NCBI GenBank assembly: GCA_964016885.1 | Contig: OZ024756.1 | Location: 33,542,001-33,606,000 of the forward strand | Length of the DNA: 64,000 nucleotides | Reading direction: 5' to 3' | Source: Eledone cirrhosa | Lineage: Eukaryota | In this document: positions 43,893 through 55,324 of the stretch, piece after piece | How the letters are laid out: each line of letters starts with the position of its first letter | Numbering within the stretch: position 1 is the first letter of the stretch | Made by a program: the position numbers and the translations under genes | The notes under the pieces: generated by a model | The model's database searches: none | Seen by the model: the letters and a program-made list of their open reading frames with translations, nothing else | What the model was told of the DNA's origin: nothing

Positions 43893-44276
43893 CTATAAAA
43901 TATGGTAAATCTTTCATTGATGTTTACGCTTTTGTCTAACTCGTAATTTAATTCACATAAACACATACACTAAAGAAATTACACGCACGCGCATATATGC
44001 ATGGACACACACACGCACTCACACACACACACGCGCGTTTATATGTATATGTATATATATGTATAGGAAAAGGGTCTGGACTTCGACGGTGGAGCTCCGA
44101 CCATTTCGACAGCTAGATCCGAACTGTGGTCAGATCTAGCTGTTAAAACGGCCGGAGCTCAGCCGTTGGGGGTCCCGACTCTTTTCCTATTACCCACTCT
44201 ACTACATTAAGTATCGAGTAGTCTGGTGGGTTATGTTCCACATGGTCCATTACCACACTTCCTTCGTTAAATATAT

Positions 44277-44367
<91 letters not shown>

Positions 44368-44792
44368 AGGGAGAGAGAATGAGTGAAAGATTATATATAT
44401 ATATATAGAGAGAGAGATAGATCGGAAAAAGTATGACCCCGACGGCAGAGCTCAAGCCGTTTCGACGGCAGAGCTCAAGCCTATTTCCCACTCTACTACC
44501 CTAAGTATCGAGTACTCTGGTGCGTTATGGTCCATATGGTTCCTTACCACAATTCCTTTGTTATATAGATAGATAGATTTCTTTATTTACCATAAAGGCA
44601 TAAAAAGAAGGGACAAATACAAAGGGGGAGTTTACATATAATCGAGTAAAAAGGGTGTAACATGAAAATAATCGAAAATAACCTCAAAAGGGAGGGGACG
44701 TGATGGGGGTTGCACACACCCCCGAAAAAGTGTGCAATCCTTTGCCCGGGGAGCACATGGAGAAGGTGTTCCCCTCTCCTTTACTTCTTTAC

Positions 44793-47700
44793 CTACAGGA
44801 TGGTATACAGAGAAGGCCCATTTACACGAGCCATTCTCGCCACTATCACCCACCTTTCATAAAACTGCCTGTGGCCAAGCACCTCTCTCTCCATTCTTAT
44901 CCTTCTTCCGAAGTGATATCGGAAGAAGTAGACCAGACTATGGCCAGAGAGGAAGTTGCCTGACCTCAGACCTTTCAATCGTGTCCACCAAACAACCTCT
45001 TTCAACATGGCTATTACGCACAGAAAAACCGCCTTTGCTTCCTTTGTGAAGAAGGGAGGCGGTTTGATTGTCATCACGGACTCGGCGGTCAATTTAATCG
45101 GCGCCACCCGCGACAGCAGTTGTTCGGCGTAGCCCCACAGATCAGCCACGCCCGGACATTGCACCAATGCGTGCGCCACGGTTTCTTCGTGACGCACGCA
45201 TCTAGGGCAAATCTTTTTTGAGGGATCCCTGCCCGGGCGCCCGTGTCTGTAGAGCCTCTCTCGAACGGGTAGAGCCCCTCGGTAGCACTGCCAGGCCAGT
45301 GACTTCTGGAAGTTGTCCATTGGTCCTGGGCCGAAAGTCCTACCGAACAGGCTGGCCAGTTCGTCTTCTTCCATGTCCAGCGACTCTCCAAGGGTGTCAT
45401 CGCCCCTGCTAGCCACCAGCCCTCTATAGAATGATGAGGTGGATTCTCCACCGATGGCCCGGCCCGCTTGCCAGAGAGCCCTGAGCGCCTGAGCACACTC
45501 AGTGTGCCAGTCTCCCAGTTTTCCGGATCTTTGCTTGACCCAGGACTGTAGCTCGGTGAGTGAGACGAGTCTCGGAAAGGCTCGTTTCACGAACGGAGCC
45601 CACACCGGTTGACCAGTGAGGAATACCTGTAGGTGCCGTAGCCTTAATGCGTGCCTACGCATCATCAACCACGGCATCCCCAGCCCTCCTTTCGAAGGTT
45701 GTTGGCAGCAGATGGATCTTCTCACCATAGGAGGACGCTTCTTCCAAAGAAATTGGAAGAGCATGCGTTCCATGGTGGTGAGTGTTTCCTTAGGGCAAGG
45801 CACGACAGTCAGGCGGTAGTAAGTGACGGACGCTATGTAAATGTTCGCCACCTCCGCCCGGCCTTTTAGGGACAGCTTACACTTGGCCCATTTCTGGGTT
45901 AGTGCAAACACCTTGTTCGTAACCTCGTTCCAGTTCTTTTCCACCTGGAGGTCCGGTCCAAACCAGACCCCAAGCAACTTTACCGGGCCCTCCGTCCAGT
46001 GTCCGACGACACCGTCAGGAGGCATCGGTTTGCCTCTCCACGTTCCGAGTTGCAGCCCGATGGATTTTTCCCGGTTCAGTTTCGCTCCTGACAACCTTTC
46101 GTACTCCTCCAGTAAGGTACCGATCGCCTCGATCTCCGAGTCGGTTGATACCATTACTGTTACGTCATCGGCGTAGGCCGACACCGCTTTGCTCAATCCT
46201 GGTTCCAGGGGGATACCCTGCAACAACTCCAACTTCCTCAGTAAAGGCTCGAGAGTCAATACGTACAGAAGGGAGGAGAGAGGGCACCCCTGTCGAATGG
46301 ATCGTGTGATTTCGAACGGCTTCGAAAGGTAGCCGTTCACCTTGATCCTAGAACAGATGTGGTTGCTATGTAGGGCAGTGATCCAGCCTCTGAAAACAGG
46401 ACCGAACCCAGCCGCCGCTAGCACCGCATCCAGGTAACCATGGTCGACCCTATCGAAGGCCTTAGACTGATCCAAGTTGATCAGGGCCCCACCGAAGCCG
46501 GGTTTGTTGCCAACCCTCTCTATGATGTATCGCATGAGGTGGAGGTTATCGTGAATGGACCTGGATGGGATAGCACATGTCTGCGCATCTCCCACCAGGC
46601 CACCCACGACAAGCGCCAACCTCTTTGCTAACACCTTGGCCAAAATCTTTAACTCTGTGTTTAGCAGGGTTATGGGCCGAAAATTATTTATACTATCCCC
46701 CTTGTTCTCGTCCTTCCTCACCAGCGTGACTACGCCCTTGGCTACAGAACAAGGAATTCTCCCGTTCTGCTGCCAATTGCAGTAGACCGCTTCGAGGAGT
46801 TCGGAGAAGAAGACCGGCATTGCTAAATAAAGTTCGTAAGGTATACCATCGAGACCTGGAGATTTGCGTCTGCTGCATTGGCTCAGCGCATCTCCGATCT
46901 CATCAGCCGAGATTGGTCCCTCGCAGGACTCTGCCTCTTTGTTCGAGAGACGCGGCAGACCGTCGAGGTATGGACCGAAATCCACGCCCCGGCCCGGACC
47001 CTCGCCTCCCCCGAACAATCGGGCAAAGTGCTTTTGAAAGGCCTCGCACATCTGCTTAGGCTCCCGGATCACTCGTCCATCTTCGTCTTGCAACGACCGG
47101 ATGGTGGATCGATTTCCACTTTTAGCTTCTGTCACGCGGGCCCATCCAACGGCTTTGGCCCCCTCATTACCTAGAGCACGTATTTTACTTCGAATGACGC
47201 AGCCTTCATGCTTTGCATCGAAAAACTGGTTCAAGGCCGTCCTCGATGCCAGCACTCTGGCCACATCTTCGCTCTTGATTGCCTCTTCTAATTTACCTGT
47301 TAATTCTTTCTCGTTTCTATTCCTATTGGCAGCTAACATCTTGCTATAACTTATTGATTCTGTTCTAATCTCTCTTTTGAGAGATGCCCACCATCGGTTG
47401 TTGACGATTGCACCCGTCAACCTCTCCTTAACTAATCTGCTAATCCGGTTTCTGTAAGTCTCTTTTGCCGGTAAAGACAAATTAAGTTTCCAGTAACCGG
47501 GACCCTGTCTATGTGTTTTCTCGAGATTGACCACGCAGGTCACTAATTTGTGATCCGTGTAGCCAACCGTGCGCATTTCTGGACAGCTTAATATGTCCCT
47601 ATCCTTACTTCTAACTAAGAATCTATCTAAGTACGATCTAGATTGACCACTGTGGTTTCTCCAAGTCCAGGTAGGCACAGTTGGAAAATCTAGTCGATAT

Positions 47701-48230
47701 CTATCGACCAAGTTAAAACGGTCGAGTAACCCCTTGAGGCTGTTACACCCCCCTCTATTAGGACATGCTCCTGCATAGTCCCAACGTGCATCTAGGATGT
47801 CATTCCAATCCCCCGCTAGAAGCAGGGAACGCGACGTTCCCAGAAAAGTCTCCAAACGCTGGAAGAAGTCGGGCCGTTCAGCTCCGAAAGGGGAGTAGAC
47901 GGCGACCAGTCTCAAGGCCGCACTTTCACTACTGCCAACGTCTAGCACCAACAAACGACCCTCCGGGTCCGAGTGCACAACCTGTACGGCAAGACCCAGG
48001 TGTTTTTGCAGCAGCACGACAACCCCACCCCCACCTCCAGGTTGACAGAGAGATGCATGCACCTCAAAGTCATCGAAGGTGGGGGCCAGCTGCCGCATGA
48101 CGCTGATTCGAGTCTCACAGATAACCATTACATTTATACTACATGACCTGAGGTCATTTAGAAGCTTTGCTTGCTTCCAAGTTGAGCCCAGGCCACGTGC
48201 ATTCAAACATCCTACTCTTAACACATCCAT
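44793..48230 (-). CDS. Tx1-like ORF2, 1145 aa AP-endonuclease + reverse transcriptase + C-terminal zinc-binding domain
   Basis: APE motifs (CLNARG, ICET, AGDWN, SYLDRFL, TDH), RT motifs (KSPGLDG, FRPITLLN, LDQSKAFDRV, RQGCPLS, YADD, KLLGV) and C-terminal CPRC..ETVAHALVQC; no stops or frameshifts. Confidence 0.97.
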   Translation of the reverse strand: MDVLRVGCLNARGLGSTWKQAKLLNDLRSCSINVMVICETRISVMRQLAPTFDDFEVHASLCQPGGGGGVVVLLQKHLGLAVQVVHSDPEGRLLVLDVGSSESAALRLVAVYSPFGAERPDFFQRLETFLGTSRSLLLAGDWNDILDARWDYAGACPNRGGCNSLKGLLDRFNLVDRYRLDFPTVPTWTWRNHSGQSRSYLDRFLVRSKDRDILSCPEMRTVGYTDHKLVTCVVNLEKTHRQGPGYWKLNLSLPAKETYRNRISRLVKERLTGAIVNNRWWASLKREIRTESISYSKMLAANRNRNEKELTGKLEEAIKSEDVARVLASRTALNQFFDAKHEGCVIRSKIRALGNEGAKAVGWARVTEAKSGNRSTIRSLQDEDGRVIREPKQMCEAFQKHFARLFGGGEGPGRGVDFGPYLDGLPRLSNKEAESCEGPISADEIGDALSQCSRRKSPGLDGIPYELYLAMPVFFSELLEAVYCNWQQNGRIPCSVAKGVVTLVRKDENKGDSINNFRPITLLNTELKILAKVLAKRLALVVGGLVGDAQTCAIPSRSIHDNLHLMRYIIERVGNKPGFGGALINLDQSKAFDRVDHGYLDAVLAAAGFGPVFRGWITALHSNHICSRIKVNGYLSKPFEITRSIRQGCPLSSLLYVLTLEPLLRKLELLQGIPLEPGLSKAVSAYADDVTVMVSTDSEIEAIGTLLEEYERLSGAKLNREKSIGLQLGTWRGKPMPPDGVVGHWTEGPVKLLGVWFGPDLQVEKNWNEVTNKVFALTQKWAKCKLSLKGRAEVANIYIASVTYYRLTVVPCPKETLTTMERMLFQFLWKKRPPMVRRSICCQQPSKGGLGMPWLMMRRHALRLRHLQVFLTGQPVWAPFVKRAFPRLVSLTELQSWVKQRSGKLGDWHTECAQALRALWQAGRAIGGESTSSFYRGLVASRGDDTLGESLDMEEDELASLFGRTFGPGPMDNFQKSLAWQCYRGALPVRERLYRHGRPGRDPSKKICPRCVRHEETVAHALVQCPGVADLWGYAEQLLSRVAPIKLTAESVMTIKPPPFFTKEAKAVFLCVIAMLKEVVWWTRLKGLRSGNFLSGHSLVYFFRYHFGRRIRMEREVLGHRQFYERWVIVARMARVNGPSLYTIL

Positions 48231-48263
48231 GTGGGCGGCAGAGCCAAAGGAGAGTGTAGAGAC

Positions 48264-50144
48264 CTACCTTTCCGCTTTCCGGGGTTCGGGTTGCACGACT
48301 TCCATGGGGTCGGGGGTGTTGGGTGAAGGGGTGTCTTGTGGTGGTGTGGGGTCGTCGGTGTGTGGTGGGGTTGGGGTGTTTGGAGTTGTGTTGGGGAGGG
48401 GAAGGGGAGGGGGAAAGCTTTTTAGTAGGACGCGGTTTATGGGTTTGACAGAGGGTGGTCCTACGTCCTCCTTAAAATCCTTTTTTAGTTTTTGGTAGAG
48501 GTTCATTGGGATTTTTATTAGTTTTAAATGTGGGTGGTTTTCTGATGAAACAAAGTTTACACCTTCGGTTTGTACCGAAGGATTATTGTATATGAGTTCA
48601 TTTAATTTATTATTGTTTCTGTTGATGTAAGTATAGTGTAATGTCTTTTTTTCCGATGGTGTGAGTGTTTCGAAGAGGGGAGGGGCAGGTTTGGTTTTGT
48701 TTGTTGCTGGAGGGGTGTTTTCTGTTTTGTTAGATTGTGTTGCGATTTGGGTGGGGGTTGTTTGTCCTTGTGTGTTTTGCACATGTTTTCTTTTTTTCCT
48801 TTTAATCTGTCTGAAGGACTCCGTTTCTTCCTCCGAATTCGTTGGGTTATCTTCAGTGTTGGAGGGAAGAGGTATGTTTGCTGGTAATGTTTCCGTGTTG
48901 GTTTTCTTTGTGGGGGAGATGGATGTCACTATGTTAGACTGTGTTGTGTGTTGTGTCTGCGGTGGTTGTGTTGTTTTATTGAGTGAGAGGTTGGGTGGGC
49001 CTGTATTTTGTTTTGGGGTAATGTGTTGTGACTGTTTGTGTTGTGGTGGTGTTGTGGTGTTACTGAGGGACGGGTTGGGTGGGACTGAGTTTTGTTGTTT
49101 GTTTATCTGTTGTGGTGGTGGTGGTGGAGCTGGTGTTGGTAGCAGGGTTTTCTTTTTGTTGAGTTGGGGACAAGCGGCCTTCAGGTGCCCTCTGCCTGCA
49201 CAGATATGGCAGGACGGCCTTCTCCCCTCCACGCTAATGTTTATATACCCGTGGTCCTCTAATAGGATTCTGTCGGGTATTTGGGCGATGCGTTCAGGCT
49301 TCATTTGTACTACCAGCTCTATACCTGTTCCACTGAACGCATTGCCTGTGGTTTTCCCAATGGAAATCACGTTGTCATTCACTGGATCGATGAAGCCAGC
49401 TATGAGCCAGCAGTAGTCCACATCTGGCATCATTGCATCCAGCCATATGCGTTGAGTTTTTTTCCCCATATAAGATGGATAAAAGGTGAAATTTTTCGAA
49501 CGAATCGGTGACAAAGCACATTTTTTTGCCGCCGATTCGTTCTTCATGATAATTGCTAGGCTTCCATACAGTCTGTCTTTTCTTATGAAAGTTGTTTCAT
49601 TCAGTACTTCTGCGAGTACTGTTTTGATATCTGCTTGAGAAGGCTGTTCAGGTTTTTTTGTACTGTTGTTGATGGTCCGAAACTTGACCGTTCGGCTTTC
49701 AATGTCTTTCGTGAATTCTTGAGGCATTTTTACCAATAAAATACCATTCTCACCTTCACTTATGTATTGTTTTGCGTCCGTGATCCTTCGTACCACATCT
49801 GAAATGTTTTCCGCTATATAAGTCAAAGATTTCTTTGTTTTCTGTGCAAAAGAAATCTTGTCGTCTGCTTTGTTTTCTGATATTATGTTATTTTCAACTG
49901 TTATTTTTTTGTTTGTTGTGTCTTTGTTTGTGTTATTAGTATTGTCATGCAATTTTTCAAATTTTTTTTTTTCGTTGTTTTCGTCATTTAATTTTTTTTC
50001 CTCTGCAGATTCGTCCGTTTTTATTTTCATTTTTCCTTCCTTCTCTATGACGTTAGTTGGGAAGGAAGGGAGGACTAAAGCGTGCGAGCTTACAACTCTT
50101 ACCGCTGTCCCCCCACCACTATTTTCGTTCGCTGCGTTTAACAT
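48264..50144 (-). CDS. Tx1-like ORF1, 626 aa nucleic-acid-binding (gag-like) protein
   Basis: Uninterrupted ORF with CCHC zinc knuckle CHICAGRGHLKAAC, a Pro/Thr/Gln-rich C-terminal half and a basic KRKKRK patch; ends 33 nt upstream of the ORF2 ATG. Confidence 0.92.
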   Translation of the reverse strand: MLNAANENSGGGTAVRVVSSHALVLPSFPTNVIEKEGKMKIKTDESAEEKKLNDENNEKKKFEKLHDNTNNTNKDTTNKKITVENNIISENKADDKISFAQKTKKSLTYIAENISDVVRRITDAKQYISEGENGILLVKMPQEFTKDIESRTVKFRTINNSTKKPEQPSQADIKTVLAEVLNETTFIRKDRLYGSLAIIMKNESAAKKCALSPIRSKNFTFYPSYMGKKTQRIWLDAMMPDVDYCWLIAGFIDPVNDNVISIGKTTGNAFSGTGIELVVQMKPERIAQIPDRILLEDHGYINISVEGRRPSCHICAGRGHLKAACPQLNKKKTLLPTPAPPPPPQQINKQQNSVPPNPSLSNTTTPPQHKQSQHITPKQNTGPPNLSLNKTTQPPQTQHTTQSNIVTSISPTKKTNTETLPANIPLPSNTEDNPTNSEEETESFRQIKRKKRKHVQNTQGQTTPTQIATQSNKTENTPPATNKTKPAPPLFETLTPSEKKTLHYTYINRNNNKLNELIYNNPSVQTEGVNFVSSENHPHLKLIKIPMNLYQKLKKDFKEDVGPPSVKPINRVLLKSFPPPLPLPNTTPNTPTPPHTDDPTPPQDTPSPNTPDPMEVVQPEPRKAER

Positions 50145-50383
50145 TTCTGTTAGACGATTGAAATTTTTTACACAAAATTTTTTAAAACAGGTTTTTCACC
50201 TCTAGGAGGGGTAAAGATGAGCTGACCCACCGCCTGACAGTTCAGACGGAGGGTCAAGCTACACAATTGTATCAAAATTAAGTTTGAACTCACAAAATTT
50301 CCTCAATAAATTTGAACAAAACTTCTGTGCGAAGTGAATGACATCCACACTGTAGAACAGACGACAGCTAGATTTTTTGTTAT

Positions 50384-50422
<39 letters not shown>

Positions 50423-50424
50423 TA

Positions 50425-50738
50425 TTTCTTTTATTTGCCACTAGGGCATCAAAAGTGGGACAAGTACAAAGGGGGGAGTTTACACAAAAAGGCGTCCTCA
50501 ATAAGGAGGAGGCAATAACAAAATATAAAAATAAAATAAGATATAACAAAAAATAAAATTTTTAACAAAATCCTCAATAGAGAGGAGGCGCCTTGGGGGG
50601 TCGCACACACCCCCGAAAAAAGTGTGCAACCCTTCTCCTCAGGAGCACAGAGAAGGGGTGCTCCCTTGGTCTTTCATCTTCCTCACCTATAGTCTGATGT
50701 AGAGTGAAGGCCCATTCACACGGGCCATTCTCGCCACT
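50425..50738 (-). mobile_element. 5'-truncated copy of a related Tx1 subfamily (last ORF2 codons + 3' UTR)
   Basis: Aligns by eye to 44579-44845; encodes VARMARVNGPSLYIRL* versus VARMARVNGPSLYTIL*; flanked on both sides by (GATA)n. Confidence 0.9.
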
Positions 50739-50776
<38 letters not shown>

Positions 50777-50778
<2 letters not shown>

Positions 50779-50883
50779 TTTCTTTTTATTTGCCACCAGG
50801 GCATCAAAGAGTGGGACAAGTACAATGGGGGGAGTTTACATAACAAGGCGTCCTCAATAAGGAGGAGGCAATAACAAAATATA
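50777..50883 (-). mobile_element. Severely 5'-truncated Tx1 3' UTR copy
   Basis: Near-identical to 50425-50525 (ttatttgccac..gggcatcaaa..gtgggacaagtacaa..ggggagtttaca..aaggcgtcctcaataaggaggaggcaataacaaaatat); flanked by (GATA)n on both sides. Confidence 0.88.
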
Positions 50884-51132
50884 TAGATAGATAGATAGAT
50901 ACATTGATGCGTGTTTTTATCAGAGAATCTGGAACTGGTTGTTCAAAGTAGAATAAACCGTTCTTTGGTGGTAGTCATTATATATTGTAGAATTATATAT
51001 ACCATAATTACTGTTGATGGTCCTATTTTTTTCTCATCCAATGACGTTGAAATTGTATTGCCTATGTTGGTGTGGGCGTTATACTATTGAATTAGACGCT
51101 CCCCGAATAATACTATTGATATATACATACAT

Positions 51133-51192
<60 letters not shown>

Positions 51193-51591
51193 GTGTATAT
51201 ATTCTATTTACTTCTTAGATATTTTAGTCACGTATAGTTTTTATATATTTTTTAGTGATACGTTGATTTAATAATATGTGTCAAAAGATAGATTTCCGAA
51301 TACAGTTGTTATATTATCGGTATTTTTCTTCTCTATTTTTTTTTGTTATTCTACTACATACTTTTTTATATAATTAGTAGAACAATTACCAGTCGATCTA
51401 TGAGTTACTTTCAGAGACTCTAACTTATACTAATATGTAATCATGCTAATAATATCCTCGTGACAAATAATGTCAATAACTGTTTCTACTTTAGGCACAA
51501 GGCCAGCAACACCCAGTGCATTACTGGTACTTTATTTTATCAATAACGTTGACCAATATTGTACCAGAGTAAATCTAGAATACATATTTAC

Positions 51592-51638
<47 letters not shown>

Positions 51639-51709
51639 TGTGTCTGTGTGTATGTGTGCGTGTGTGTGTATGTGTCTGTGTGCGCGTGTGTTTATGCATA
51701 TATACATAA

Positions 51710-51756
<47 letters not shown>

Positions 51757-51775
51757 TATATCTATTTATCTGTTT

Positions 51776-51893
51776 TATTCCAAGTATTGAGTACTCTGTC
51801 AAGTAATGGTCTACCTTCCTTAAAAACTGTTCTGTCATATATATATATATATATATATCAAGTAATGGTCTACCTTCCTTAAAAACTGTTCTG

Positions 51894-51931
<38 letters not shown>

Positions 51932-51990
51932 CAGATTTGTTTTTAAGGAAGGTTGACCATTACTTGACAGAGTACTCAATACTTGGAATA
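51776..51990. repeat. Tandem plus inverted short repeat units separated by (TA)n
   Basis: attccaagtattgagtactctgtcaagtaatggtctaccttccttaaaaac..., then a partial direct copy, then an inverted copy ending ...gagtactcaatacttggaata. Confidence 0.8.
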
Positions 51991-52349
51991 GTAGATTATG
52001 GCAATATTATAAAAAGTCGGGGTCCGATAGTTTAACTCTTGCAGTTTCTTCAGCAAGGGCTCAGCAGTTGCGCCTTTATAGTGTAATAAACCCGGTCCCC
52101 TATCCTTATGTTAGAAGACTGTTTAACGGAGACCTTACCCCACCCTAGCTATCAACCTATTACATTCCAGTACATCCTAGCACAATCTGATGCCTTAACC
52201 TGAACGTATAGAAAAAGCTACTTCAATCATACTATATCACAGAACTGAAGCAAATTCGATCTGTAAATAAACCATCATTCGATTCCACTTACCAAGCACA
52301 TACCACACCATAGTGCGAGATAAAGGGAAAAGTGAGAATGAACTTATTA

Positions 52350-52395
52350 GAAATATATATACACATATATGTATGTGTCTGTGTGTATGTATATA

Positions 52396-52486
<91 letters not shown>

Positions 52487-52610
52487 ATATATATATGTAC
52501 ATGTATATATATATACATATATATATATATATACATATATATACATATACGTATATATACATACATATACACATATATGTGTGTGTGTATGTATATATAT
52601 TTATATATAT

Positions 52611-52655
<45 letters not shown>

Positions 52656-52796
52656 CATATATATACACATATATATATATACACACATACACATATATAT
52701 ATATGTACATATATACATATATATACATATATATATACATATATACATAAATATATATATATATATATATTTATATATGTATATATATATATACAG

Positions 52797-52834
<38 letters not shown>

Positions 52835-52930
52835 TATATATACATATATATACATATATACATATATATACATATATATACATTTATAAGTATATATATG
52901 TGTGTATATATGTATGGTTGTATATATATA

Positions 52931-52999
<69 letters not shown>

Positions 53000-53000
53000 C
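52350..53000. repeat. Compound (TA)n/(CA)n microsatellite block (representative)
   Basis: Similar blocks at 1590-1920, 24100-24690, 40030-40620 and dozens of shorter tracts; these generate the YIYI/CVCV ORFs. Confidence 0.95.
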
Positions 53001-54894
53001 TACACATAATATATAATATACAATAAACCAAGAAATATTACTTTAGCCAATACTCTATAAATTACACCCTGATATTTCAGTTAAAGTAGATCTGTTTACA
53101 CTTCTAGATATTGGTGATCGAAATAAAAAAAATGTTTTTCATTTCTTACTCGGCTTTCTGAGTACGTGTCTATAATAATGTAGCCTGTTATTTGATAGGA
53201 TTATATACTTTAAGGACTATACTGAAAATAAATCTATATTTTAGAACAATGCTTGTAAGCTTGGATAGCATGAGGTGCCTTGAGCAGAAATACCTTCCAG
53301 TGTATTAAAAAGGAATTTGTGTTGGAAAAATAAACTAAAATGTGTATTGGAAGGATAAATCTGGTAAGATGGACAGATATTGATGCTATTTGAAGAGATT
53401 CACTAATAATTGTTTCTACTTTTGGCACAAGCCCAGCAATTACTCAGTACAGTACTGGTACTTTATTTTATCGACCCCGTATGGATGAAAGGCAAAGTTA
53501 ACCTCGAAGAGATTCACTAATGATGCTGTTCTTTAGGTGGTGCGTAAGCTAATGGTTATAGTGATAGACCACACGGATATGAAGGCGCATGGCTTAGTGG
53601 TTAGAGCATTGTGCTAGCAATCGAAAGGTTGTGAGTTCAATTTTCGGACCGGGTGATGTGTTGTTTCCTTGAGCAAGACACTTTATTTCATGTTGCTCCA
53701 GTTCACTCAGCGTCCCTATCATTAAATTACCCAAGACACCTCCAACGAGATATACCTGGAGGAGGCCAGCTAAATCTGCATGGGTGTGAGCTGTCACAAC
53801 ACACACACACACACACACACACACGGATATAAAGTCGTGGCGTCGATTCTTGGACTGATTAACATTCTGTGTTCCCATGCAAGACGCTCCATTGCACTTT
53901 ATGTCATCCGAGAGTTTGGACCGCCAGATAGTATCAGGTATGAAAAAAATCATTTTTCAGTTAAAATAAATGAATGAATTTTATTAATCATCATCATCAT
54001 CAGCATCATCAACATTACCATCATCATTTTTATCATCAACCATCATATCTGTTATTTTCTCTACGGCCGAATGTCGTTCCTAACACCAACCCTCTTACAA
54101 ATATTCCTGGGCTCATATTTCTTCTGACACCAGAACTACCACTTTACAAGAAGACCTGGGTGTGTTTTATCATGGCTGGAGTACTAAAGTTGTTGTCACA
54201 CGATTATCCACAATGAAGAGAATTCTCAGACTTTATAATTCAGTCAGCAAACAAATTTCCATCAGATTTTTCAAGAAAAGAAAGTTTAAGTTGTAATACA
54301 ATATGGACAACATGTTTACTCAGCTGTAAGATACAGAATATTAATTTCAGTTTCTCATTGGCAATGTTTGATAAAATATAGAACCGACCGAAAACACCAG
54401 GAGCTTCCCATGTTTCTTATGATACGAAATTATTTTATTTAGATTTTTATATCTGTCTACAAACATTCTATAATTTTATACAAGAAAGTGTTATGTTATG
54501 CTCAAACATAACTAGCTTAACAATGATAAATTTAGTTATATTACATCCTACTAAATTTTTGATTATTTCGAAATACACTATATTCAGCTTCTTTCATTAG
54601 AATAAGTTGAAGTATAAATGAATGGTTGTAAATAGTCTAATCCGAAGTATTAGCTAGTTTACCTACAGTATGAACAGACGCGCCAAGACACACGCCTACA
54701 AATACACACACAGACACACATTTATATAAATGGCAGACACACAGACACACATATTTATATATATGGTAGTAGTAATACTCATATTGGTGATATGCCGTAT
54801 AAACACACACTGACCATATCAAAAAATCTAAATAACAGAAGTAAGCTTTATTCCATCTTAATGTTTTTCGGGGGGGGGGGTTCTGTTCACATTC

Positions 54895-54955
54895 TAGCTG
54901 CCTGATGAGGTCATAGCTATTGCATGACGGTTATCATCGAAATATATATAACATA
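54895..54955 (+). ncRNA. Hammerhead-like motif
   Basis: CTGATGA-g-gtcat..atgac..-GAAA-TATATA-TA; stem I poorly paired. Confidence 0.4.
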
Positions 54956-55004
54956 AATTATGTATAAACTAAGTTAATTTTAACTTCTTGACTTACTCTT
55001 CTTG

Positions 55005-55059
<55 letters not shown>

Positions 55060-55229
55060 ACGAACACACAGACACACGCACACACACTCACTCTCTCTCT
55101 CTCCTTCCTAATGATTTCTCCCGAATGAAACAGTTCTGGTCTTGTAGAAGCCATTTCTATATTAAATATTTATACCCTGCAATGTATTGTGTACCTTATT
55201 TACAGTGGTTACCCCTGATTGAACCCGGG

Positions 55230-55324
<95 letters not shown>

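Larger units (their letters stand above)
44579..50375 (-). mobile_element. Full-length Tx1-clade (L1 group) non-LTR retrotransposon
   Basis: Two long open ORFs in tandem (gag-like, then APE-RT), ~230-nt 5' UTR and ~210-nt 3' UTR ending AATAAAGAA. Identical 22-bp flanks tttgttatatagatagatagat at 44557-44578 and 50376-50397 (TSD). GC content well above the surroundings. Confidence 0.95.

Noticed and set aside
45089-50205. Overlapping or antisense ORFs inside the Tx1 element (e.g. 48661-49416, 251 aa)
   Set aside because: Shadow frames of GC-rich or compositionally biased coding sequence with no recognisable motifs.
52293-52311. ATG-containing mini exon MVWYVL with a perfect gtaagt donor as first exon of the candidate gene
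   Set aside because: Phase-compatible but very short, adjacent to repeat-like sequence, and gives no convincing signal peptide.
53578-53660. tRNA gene-like sequence
   Set aside because: It continues into a SINE body shared with 23460-23725 and 63060-63313, and lacks a proper acceptor stem and terminator.
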